Below the pieces are notes generated by a model. That model was not told the origin of the DNA, ran no database searches, and saw nothing but the letters and a program-made list of their open reading frames with translations. Position numbers and translations under genes: made by a program. From Deltaproteobacteria bacterium (GTDB taxonomy: Bacteria > Desulfobacterota > Binatia > Binatales > Binataceae), in NCBI GenBank assembly GCA_019237115.1, contig JAFAHS010000411.1:2855-66854 (forward strand): a DNA stretch of 64,000 bases, written 5' to 3'. Positions 54,065 through 61,901 of the stretch are shown here, piece after piece. The stretch's first letter is position 1. Each line of letters opens with the position of its first letter.

Positions 54065-54859
54065 ATGGCAAAGTTTCTCCGCATCGGGGTTCATCATTCG
54101 AATGTCTCCGGATATACCTCCAAAGCCTGGTCGGTCCGGCGGGTGGGCACGAACGTGCTGCTGAAATGGGGGGTGGTCGAGGTGCGAGGGCTGGGCCGTA
54201 ACCGGCGCGTCTACTGGGCGGTCCCGCCGCGGGAAAAGACCATCCGCTGCCGCACCGCTCAGCGCGCGAGCGCATACGTAAAAAAGGCTATCGGCCGGAG
54301 GGTCAGTCACCAGTACGAACGGTTACCGGACAATATGCCGATCCGGCCGCGACCCGCACGCGCGAGCGCCGAATCCGCCCGGGCCCTCGCCACCATCCTG
54401 CTTATCGACATTGTTGGCTCGACCGCGAAAGCCGCACAGCTCGGCGACCGCCGCTGGACCGAAGTGCTTAATCACTACTACGCGGCAGTTCGCGGGGCGC
54501 TTCGCGCCAACCGCGGCACCGAGATAAGCACCACCGGTGACGGGATGCTCGCCACGTTCAAGGTGGCGAGCGCGGCAATTCGATGCGCGTCCGCTATTCG
54601 CCATGGTGTTCGCACGCTCGGTCTGGAAATCCGAGCGGGGCTGCATACCGGCGAATACAAAATGATCGGAGGTGACGTGGTCGGCATCGCGGTTCATATT
54701 ACCGCACGGGTGGCGGCCAAGGCGGGCGCGAGCGAAGTACTGGTCTCGAGCGCGGTGCGGGACCTGGTGGACGGGTCGGCAATCAGATTCAAGGATCGCG
54801 GTGTTCACCGGCTCAAGGGTGTGCCCACCGGATGGCGCCTCTACCTGGCCGAGTCATGA
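54065..54859 (+). CDS. class III adenylate/guanylate cyclase with WGR-like N-terminal domain
   Basis: Cyclase block 'LLIDIVGST...TGDGMLATF...GLHTGE....G.DVVGIAVHITARV...EVLVSS.VRDLV.GS.IRF.DRG.HRLKGVP..W'. N-terminal 'WSVRRVGTNVLLKWGVVEVRG' is WGR-like. Start taken at 'MAKFLRIG'. Confidence 0.7.
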   Translation: MAKFLRIGVHHSNVSGYTSKAWSVRRVGTNVLLKWGVVEVRGLGRNRRVYWAVPPREKTIRCRTAQRASAYVKKAIGRRVSHQYERLPDNMPIRPRPARASAESARALATILLIDIVGSTAKAAQLGDRRWTEVLNHYYAAVRGALRANRGTEISTTGDGMLATFKVASAAIRCASAIRHGVRTLGLEIRAGLHTGEYKMIGGDVVGIAVHITARVAAKAGASEVLVSSAVRDLVDGSAIRFKDRGVHRLKGVPTGWRLYLAES

Positions 54860-55044
54860 CCGGGGATTTTCCAGTCATCGCCGCCGGTCAGCAACACACC
54901 CGGCCAGGATCGGCGCGTCGAGTTCCAGCTTTTATTCCGGGACCGTCGAAAATCCGCGTTGCCAGCCGACTTTCGGGTTCGCTTTTCTCGCGACTGGTCA
55001 GGGCCACGATGAGTGAGTAAATTTACTAGGGATCAAGGTCTTCC

Positions 55045-55581
55045 ATGGATTGGTTCAGCAAACGAGACGATCACGACCATCATCGCGCGACCCGCGGCGG
55101 ACAGCGTCCGTCGGTCAGCGAGATATCCGACGAGCTGTTAATCGGCGAGTATCCCGCCCTCGGCGACATCGAATGGCTCAAAGACACCTACAACGTCGCC
55201 GCGGTACATAACCTCCAGGACGATGACGACCTGCGTCACAACGGGCTGGACCTCAAGCAGCTCCGGGCCGAATATGATGCCCGGGGCATCCGTTTTCGGC
55301 GCACACCAATCCAGGATGGCAGCGCCGATGCGATGGCGGACCGGCTCGCGGTCGCCCTCGCCGACTTGCGCGAGCTGGTCGATGGGCATGGCCGGGTTTA
55401 TTTGCATTGCAACGGTGGATTGAATCGAGCCCCTACCCTTGCCATCGCCTTCCTGCGCGCCCATCGGTGGATGTCCCTCGAAGAGGCGCTCGCGCTGGTC
55501 AAAACGCGGCGCGCCTGCGGACCATTCATGACGGTGCTCGAAGACTATTTCGGGCCGCGGGATTTCAAACCGGATCGATAA
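55045..55581 (+). CDS. dual-specificity (Cys-based) phosphatase family protein
   Basis: Active-site P-loop 'HCNGGLNRAPT' (HCx5R). Confidence 0.7.
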   Translation: MDWFSKRDDHDHHRATRGGQRPSVSEISDELLIGEYPALGDIEWLKDTYNVAAVHNLQDDDDLRHNGLDLKQLRAEYDARGIRFRRTPIQDGSADAMADRLAVALADLRELVDGHGRVYLHCNGGLNRAPTLAIAFLRAHRWMSLEEALALVKTRRACGPFMTVLEDYFGPRDFKPDR

Positions 55582-55582
55582 A

Positions 55583-56350
55583 ATGAGCGCCGCGGCGGGA
55601 ACCTTGTCCGGACCGGTACCGAGGCAAAGACTTCTCACCGCCTTCGCCTGGGGTGTGCATTTGTACACCGCGCTCGGCGCCGCGGTCGGACTGCTGGCAA
55701 TCTACTACGCTTCCGAGGGCGATTTTCGTGCCTCGTTTCTCGCCATGGCGGCCGCGACCCTTATCGATTCCAGCGACGGACCACTGGCCCGCTGGGTGAA
55801 GGTCAAGCAGCGAATACCCTCCTTCGACGGCACCCTCCTCGACAACATCGTCGACTACCTGACCTACACGGTCGCGCCGGTCTTTCTGATGATCGAAGCC
55901 GCCATCATTCCCTCTACCCATCTCGGCCTGTTGCTCGCGTGTTTCGTCATGCTCGCGAGCGTTTATGGTTTCTGCCAGACCAATGCCAAGACCCCGGACC
56001 ACTATTTCCTGGGCTTTCCCAATTACTGGAACCTGGTGGCCCTGTATCTCTTCTGCCTGGATGCATCACCGATTTTTAACTGGGCAATCCTCGCGCTGCT
56101 CGCGGTGATGGTGTTCATTCCGATTCGCTACATATATCCCAACCGCACCATTCCGCTGCGTCCGGTGACCCTCACCTTCGGAATAATCTGGGCGGTAGTA
56201 ACCCTGGTGATGCTGTTCGACCTGCCTGCGGTCAATCCGATCCTGCTTGCGGTTTCGCTCAGCTTTATCGCGTACTACCTGGTCGCTTCTTTTGTCCTGC
56301 ACGCGCTCGCACTGCGAGTTCGCCCGACTGGAGTGCCGGTCGTCGAATGA
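55583..56350 (+). CDS. pcs: phosphatidylcholine synthase
   Basis: 'DSSDGPLARWVKVKQRIPSFDGTLLDNIVDYLTYTVAPVF', 'DHYFLGFPNYWNLVALYLF' and 'FIPIRYIYPNR' align with remembered rhizobial Pcs. Starts 1 nt after the phosphatase stop. Confidence 0.8.
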   Translation: MSAAAGTLSGPVPRQRLLTAFAWGVHLYTALGAAVGLLAIYYASEGDFRASFLAMAAATLIDSSDGPLARWVKVKQRIPSFDGTLLDNIVDYLTYTVAPVFLMIEAAIIPSTHLGLLLACFVMLASVYGFCQTNAKTPDHYFLGFPNYWNLVALYLFCLDASPIFNWAILALLAVMVFIPIRYIYPNRTIPLRPVTLTFGIIWAVVTLVMLFDLPAVNPILLAVSLSFIAYYLVASFVLHALALRVRPTGVPVVE

Positions 56351-58110
56351 GCGCGGTGGAGGCAGCCGTCGCCGTGCCCGAGCCGTGGCTGGAAATAATC
56401 GAGGGCGACTCCCCTATGCTTCTGATCGCGCCCCATGGCGGGCGTGCTGGAAAAGCTGCACAGGCAACCCTTCACCCCAAGGTCAACGACCTCCACACCG
56501 CTGAAATCACACGCGAACTTGCGGCACGCCTGCACGCATCCGCGCTGATTAATTCCGCGATGGACCGCAACCTCATCGACTGCAACCGCATCCCGCAGCT
56601 CGCGGAACGCGCTCCCTGGCTGTTGGAGATTCTCGCCCAGCGCCTGGCCGCGTTGGTTGAGCGCTTTGGTCGCGCCACCGTGTTGCTGGTTCACGGATGG
56701 AACATCATCGAGCCGCGTGTCGACTTTGGACTCGGCGTGCGCACCTATGGTCGGGAGCTTCGGCCAACGGGTTCGGCGCGGGTATCCGCCAGCGACAATT
56801 TCATAAATGGTCCACTGCTCTCCCTTGCAGCGAAATTGCGCGCCGCCGGGATTACCCCGACCTTCGGGTTGCGCTACCCAGCCGGCGGAATCCATAACCT
56901 GGTCCAGGCCTTCACCGAGCGGCATCGCGAAAGTCCGCCATCTCCGCTCAGCCGTATCTCCGCCATCGCAGCGCGGGGAGTGGTGGATGCGGCTCAGCTC
57001 GAGTTGTCGGTTTCAGTAAGATTGCCCGGCGCGCTTCGCCAGCGATGCGTGGAGGCCATCACAGAAACTTTCTCGGGCCCGCCGCAAGCCGCTGCCCCAT
57101 CCGATTCGCATCTCTCAATCGTTCGCACGCCGCTCGCCTCGCGCGGTGCTTCGGCGACCGCGCCGGTGCGGGTCGGGATGGAGTTCTATGACGCCGCGTC
57201 AGGAATCGGCGCGATGGCCAGCTTTGATCTCGGGACCCCCGGCTTCGGCGCGCGAATCATGATGCTGCTGGGGGAGCGCCGGGTAATTCTCTGTACTTGC
57301 GAAGGCACCACCAAACGCGAGCACGACCGGCTTTCGCTGGGACCCCTTTCGCTGGCAATTCGCGGGAGTTCGCTGGTCCTCGAGTTCGCGGGCGCCGCCG
57401 TCGTGGTCCCGGATGGCTCGACCTACTTGAGCATCGAGCGCGCGCTCGCCACCGGCATCCTGGATCCCCGCGCGCGGGTGACCGTGGAGGTACCGCTCTC
57501 CGGCGACGGCCCCGATCCCTCGGTCTTGTTCGGACCCGGAGCGATCGAAGGCGCGGCGCGAGATATCGCGCCCGTGTTTTCGATAGCCACCGGCGAGGCT
57601 ACCCTGGAAGGTCGGCACTATAGCCTGCAAGCGAGCACGCGCGCCGGGGTTTCCTTTACCGGCCTCGGCCCTCAGAAGTTCAACGAGCGCAGGATGATCT
57701 GGGCGCTGGTCCATGGAGAAGACCAGGCGCAAGATGCAATTGAGCTGCGCCGCATCGATGGCGATGGAGAGACCGAACAGCAGACCGCGCGATTGTTCTC
57801 CGACGGAAACTGGTCGACATTGACCCTGACCAGTCTTGCCATCGAGGCCGGCGCCCCAGAGTCGATGCCGCACCGCCTCGAAGCCTCGGTCGCCGCGAGC
57901 GCCGGAGATTCCTTCAATCTGCTCGGTACGCCGATTGCCTTTGTTCCACTCTCGCGTCCGGGATTGAATGGCAGCCGAATCTACACCTCGCTGGGGTTCG
58001 GGACTTTCCAATGGGGCACCCGCTCTGCGTCGGGCATGTTTGAGTATTCCCGCCGGGTGGATCCGGCCTCGGCGAACGATGGAGACGGCGGCGACTCGGA
58101 CAGCGATTAG
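56347..58110 (+). CDS. hypothetical protein with N-formylglutamate amidohydrolase-like N-terminal domain
   Basis: 587 aa. 'LLIAPHGGR....NDLHTAEITRELA......LINS.MDRNLIDCNR' is FGase-like. The C-terminal roughly 350 aa are unrecognised. ATGA overlap with pcs. Confidence 0.45.
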   Translation: MSAVEAAVAVPEPWLEIIEGDSPMLLIAPHGGRAGKAAQATLHPKVNDLHTAEITRELAARLHASALINSAMDRNLIDCNRIPQLAERAPWLLEILAQRLAALVERFGRATVLLVHGWNIIEPRVDFGLGVRTYGRELRPTGSARVSASDNFINGPLLSLAAKLRAAGITPTFGLRYPAGGIHNLVQAFTERHRESPPSPLSRISAIAARGVVDAAQLELSVSVRLPGALRQRCVEAITETFSGPPQAAAPSDSHLSIVRTPLASRGASATAPVRVGMEFYDAASGIGAMASFDLGTPGFGARIMMLLGERRVILCTCEGTTKREHDRLSLGPLSLAIRGSSLVLEFAGAAVVVPDGSTYLSIERALATGILDPRARVTVEVPLSGDGPDPSVLFGPGAIEGAARDIAPVFSIATGEATLEGRHYSLQASTRAGVSFTGLGPQKFNERRMIWALVHGEDQAQDAIELRRIDGDGETEQQTARLFSDGNWSTLTLTSLAIEAGAPESMPHRLEASVAASAGDSFNLLGTPIAFVPLSRPGLNGSRIYTSLGFGTFQWGTRSASGMFEYSRRVDPASANDGDGGDSDSD

Positions 58111-58165
58111 TTCGGTGCGCTGGGCGCCGCAAAATTCTGCCCGGCTCCAGGAAAGCACCACGGCA

Positions 58166-59071
58166 CTACGCTCGACGTTGTGCGGGGACTAGACGCTCGA
58201 TGGTTGTGGCAATCTCAACCAGGATCTTCGCCAACGGGCTGTCGGCGAATTCATGAATGAATAACCTGCCGCGATCGGACGCTTCGGCAAGACGCGGATC
58301 GAACGGGAGGCGTCCGATCACTGGCAGTTCCAGGTCACTCGCGGCGCCTGCCAGACTGCCCTCGGGCATGAGCGGGCGCACTGAACGGCATCCGTCGCAG
58401 TTGAACCCCGCCATATTCTCGATTAATCCGAGCACCGGAATCTCGATACGGCGCGCCACCCGCACCGCCTGCTGGGTCGCTTTGACCGATTGCGCCGAGG
58501 AATGGCTCACCATCACGATCCCGTGGGGCCGCACCATGCGCGCGACCGCGTACAGGTCCTCAATCCCGGGGGCAAGGTCGACCAGCGCGAAATCGAGCGC
58601 TCCCAACCGCGCCTGGGTCAGCATCTGAAACAGCGCATCCGACTCTTTGGTTGCGGTCGGCCGGGCTGGGGACGTCGGCAGAGGCTCATTTTCGGGCTCG
58701 ACAAACGCGACCGGCGGCGGCTCGACGCTGGCGAGCAGATCGCTTGAAATCACCCGCAACCCATGGGGGCCGGCCGCCGGTTCGATGCCTTCCACCAGGG
58801 GCAACCCGCGGGGCTGCTTCATGCCCAGCATCCCGATGATACTGGGGGAATTCAGGTCCGCGTCGACGATCGCGACCTTCCGGCCGCGGCGCGCGAGCGC
58901 CCCGCCAACGTTCGCGGTGATTATGCTCTTGCCCACGCCGCCCTTGGCGCTGGCAATGAGCAGAGTGGCTCCGATGTCGGCCAGGTTTGCCCGTATGCGA
59001 TCGGGACCGCTTTCGGCGCGGAACGTGTCGCCCGAATCCGCGCGCTCTGCGAACTCGCTGAAGATTCTCAT
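58166..59071 (-). CDS. Mrp/NBP35 (ApbC-like) P-loop ATPase
   Basis: 'IASAKGGVGKSIITANVG.ALA..G.KVAIVDADL..PS', 'ENM.GF.C..C'. Confidence 0.75.
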   Translation of the reverse strand: MRIFSEFAERADSGDTFRAESGPDRIRANLADIGATLLIASAKGGVGKSIITANVGGALARRGRKVAIVDADLNSPSIIGMLGMKQPRGLPLVEGIEPAAGPHGLRVISSDLLASVEPPPVAFVEPENEPLPTSPARPTATKESDALFQMLTQARLGALDFALVDLAPGIEDLYAVARMVRPHGIVMVSHSSAQSVKATQQAVRVARRIEIPVLGLIENMAGFNCDGCRSVRPLMPEGSLAGAASDLELPVIGRLPFDPRLAEASDRGRLFIHEFADSPLAKILVEIATTIERLVPAQRRA

Positions 59072-59223
59072 CTCGGCCGCCGGATCTCGGTGGGGTCAGA
59101 CTCAGCCACTGCTTCCCCGCAAACTGCTATGGGCAGCGTGGGCCCCCACCATCATATCCGCGAGCACCGGCAGGACGCACCCCGGGACAAGGGCTGCGCC
59201 CGCGGCGGTGCCTCGCCGCGGCC

Positions 59224-59676
59224 TCAAGCGTTCTCCTCGTCGGCGTCGGTCGAGCCGAGCTTGCGATAGGTGTTGCGCTCGTCATCGTAGCGCCGCTGGC
59301 TCTTCGCCTCGCGCTCCTGATCCTGCTGACAATCGCGGCACAGGCGGGTAAATGGCATAGCGTCGAGCCGTTCCTCGGCGATGTCGAGTCCGCAGGACTC
59401 GCATACCCCGTAGCTCCCGTCATCCAGCCGCTCGAGCGCGTCGTCGATCTGCTTGATCTTGATACGCTCGCGATCGGAGAGGATGAAATTGATCTCGCGG
59501 TCACGCTCTTCGGACGCGAGATCGTAGGTATCCATTCCCTCGTCCTTGTTGCCCTCGCGCTCGGCGCGGAGTTCCGAGTCGATTTCGCTGAGCAGCTTGG
59601 TCTTCACGTCCTGGAGGTGCTCACGCACCTTGGCCAGGAACTTCTTGCGGCTCGCGGCGGCTGCTTTCTTTGCCAT
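59224..59676 (-). CDS. dksA: DksA/TraR-family RNA polymerase-binding zinc-finger protein
   Basis: Coiled-coil tip 'DTYDLA' (DxxDxA). C4 finger 'CESCG..I...RL.A.P....C..CQ'. Confidence 0.7.
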   Translation of the reverse strand: MAKKAAAASRKKFLAKVREHLQDVKTKLLSEIDSELRAEREGNKDEGMDTYDLASEERDREINFILSDRERIKIKQIDDALERLDDGSYGVCESCGLDIAEERLDAMPFTRLCRDCQQDQEREAKSQRRYDDERNTYRKLGSTDADEENA

Positions 59677-59700
59677 GGCTTGCCACCTTTCTCCTGTCGT

Positions 59701-61041
59701 TCACGCGAATGCTTCGGTGACCCGCGCGTGGAGGTCATAGGTAAGGGCCTTCTCGATCCGTGCGCGCACGAACTCGCCTGGCGCGGCCTCTCCTTGCAGA
59801 AAGACCGCACCGTCGATTTCGGGCGCCTGCCCGGGCGTTCGCCCGCGCATCCGCGTGGCGCGTCCAGGCACCGGGCCCTCGACCAGCACTTCCATCTCGC
59901 GACCCACCAGCTCGCGATTCTTCTTCAGGGATATTTGCGCTTGTGTCTCCATCAGTTCGGCCCGACGCGCGCGCTTGACCCGCTCCGGGACCTGGCCGGA
60001 GTGCGAATACGCAGCGGTATCTTCCTCGCGCGAATAGGTAAAAACCCCCACCCGGTCGAACTCCACCTCGCGAACGAAATTCACCAGGCGGGCAAACGCC
60101 GCGTCGTCCTCGCCGGGGAACCCGACGATGAACGAGGTCCGCAGCGTCACCTGCGGAACCCCATCGCGGATGCGGTCCAGCAGTTTGCGCAACGAAGCAC
60201 CCGACCGCTCCCGTCGCATGGCTCGCAGCACATTGTCATCAGCATGTTGCAGGGGTATGTCGACGTACTTAACAACGTTAGGCAAGGTCGCAATCGCTTC
60301 CAGCAGATCTTCGGTAACGAAATTGGGATAGCAGTAGAGCAATCGCACCCAGCGAATCCCCTCGACCGCCGAGAGCTTGCGCAATAGTTGCGCAAGCGAT
60401 GACGGCGGATTCAGGTCACGCCCATAGGCAGTGAGGTCCTGCGCGATGAGATTCAGTTCGCGCACGCCCGAAGCGGCCAGCGTTTGCGCCTCGGCCAGCA
60501 GGTCCTCGACCGGCCGGCTTTCATGAAGGCCGCGAATCTTGGGAATGATGCAGAAGGCGCATCGATGGTTACAGCCTTCGGAAATCTTCAGGTACGAGGT
60601 AAAGAATTCTGGGGGACGTACTCGCGCCGAGTCCGCGCGCCCAAGCAGGTGTGCCGCGCCGCGATAGGGAACCGGGCGCGTTTCCGGCAGTTCGGTGCGG
60701 CGGAGCAGGTCCGCCAGTTCCAGGAAATTGCCCGTACCGACGAAAACATCGACCTCCGGCAGCATTTCCCGCAGCTCCGCACCGTAGCGCTGGGAAAGAC
60801 ATCCGGCGACCACCAGCCGGCGTCCGGCTGCGTGTTTTTTCACCTCAACCGCTTCCATGATAGCGTCGAGCGATTCCTTCTTGGCGGCTTCGATGAACGC
60901 ACAGGTGTTCACCACCAGAACCTGCGCCGCCTCCGGATCCAGGGTCACCTCAAAGCCGGCCTGCGTGAGCGCACCCAGCATCAATTCGCTATCTGCCAGA
61001 TTCTTTGGGCAACCCAGCGTGAGGAGGTGAACCTTTTCCAT
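59701..61041 (-). CDS. rimO: ribosomal protein S12 methylthiotransferase
   Basis: 'LGCPKN..DSE', radical-SAM 'CNHRCAFC', C-terminal TRAM domain. Confidence 0.85.
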   Translation of the reverse strand: MEKVHLLTLGCPKNLADSELMLGALTQAGFEVTLDPEAAQVLVVNTCAFIEAAKKESLDAIMEAVEVKKHAAGRRLVVAGCLSQRYGAELREMLPEVDVFVGTGNFLELADLLRRTELPETRPVPYRGAAHLLGRADSARVRPPEFFTSYLKISEGCNHRCAFCIIPKIRGLHESRPVEDLLAEAQTLAASGVRELNLIAQDLTAYGRDLNPPSSLAQLLRKLSAVEGIRWVRLLYCYPNFVTEDLLEAIATLPNVVKYVDIPLQHADDNVLRAMRRERSGASLRKLLDRIRDGVPQVTLRTSFIVGFPGEDDAAFARLVNFVREVEFDRVGVFTYSREEDTAAYSHSGQVPERVKRARRAELMETQAQISLKKNRELVGREMEVLVEGPVPGRATRMRGRTPGQAPEIDGAVFLQGEAAPGEFVRARIEKALTYDLHARVTEAFA

Positions 61042-61147
61042 CTAGCCCTTAATCCTTCAGGGGGCTTTATTTGTACTCGCCGTCTGCAAGCGAAGCAATC
61101 GGGAAAGCAAGCACGGTGCCAAACGCGCGATTTAGCTCCGGAACGCC

Positions 61148-61825
61148 TTATTTCAACGATTCTGGCCGCACTATGTCGGCTCCGGGAGGTACCACAAACT
61201 TAAACATCGAGTCTGAAACGGGAGTATTGTTCACGATGTCCGTGAACTTGAGGCTGGTCACATTACCCAGTTGATCGATCACCCGGATGGTCTCCACATC
61301 GTAGCTGTTTGGATCGAGCCCCAGCTCCACCGTGTTTCCTTCGCGCTTGGGCACCAGCTTGAGATTGGTAAGTCCGTTGCTCGCGCCGTCCAACAACGAG
61401 GCGTTGAAGTCTTTGGCAACATCGCCCACGCCCAGCAAAAATTCCGTGGCCCCGGGCGAACGCAGTTCCTGCGCCAGCGGCGCCTCCACTACCTGATTGA
61501 GCTCCGGGTCATAGTTGTAAAGCTGCATGCCGTCGCTGACGACCAGTTCCTTGGACGGCTCGTCGAACTCCCACCGCATCCGTCCGGGCTTGAGGAAATA
61601 CACCCTGCCCGTCCGTGTGCGTTTGGGTGCGCCGACCGCGGCAATTTCCTCGAAAAACTTGGCGCTGAAAGATCGGGTTTCGCGATAATGTCGCTGCAGG
61701 CCCTCAAGCGCTTTCGCGAGGGTGTCGCTTCGGGCGTACGCGACGCGAGGACCGGAAGCCCAAAGGCCTGCTGTCGAGAGCATCGCGAAGGCCAACCCGG
61801 CTAACCGGAGACGGTTGAGTTTCAT
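61148..61825 (-). CDS. lolA: outer-membrane lipoprotein carrier protein LolA-like
   Basis: Start at 'MKLNRLRLAGLAFAMLS' (signal peptide). 'F.A.F.........G..YF.KPGRMRWEF..P...LVVSDG..LY.YDP'. Confidence 0.7.
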   Translation of the reverse strand: MKLNRLRLAGLAFAMLSTAGLWASGPRVAYARSDTLAKALEGLQRHYRETRSFSAKFFEEIAAVGAPKRTRTGRVYFLKPGRMRWEFDEPSKELVVSDGMQLYNYDPELNQVVEAPLAQELRSPGATEFLLGVGDVAKDFNASLLDGASNGLTNLKLVPKREGNTVELGLDPNSYDVETIRVIDQLGNVTSLKFTDIVNNTPVSDSMFKFVVPPGADIVRPESLK

Positions 61826-61901
61826 GACGCCGCGCGCCTTAGCTCTCCAGCCCTCACAATCTAGGAAGACGAAATTCGAGCGCGTGCGCTTCACGCGCAC
61901 G

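Noticed and set aside
54065-54859. The cyclase as part of a Pycsar/CBASS-like anti-phage system.
   Set aside because: No adjacent effector with a cyclic-nucleotide-binding, TIR, TM or nuclease module is present. The neighbours are housekeeping-type genes, and the sequence belongs to a common class III cyclase clade.
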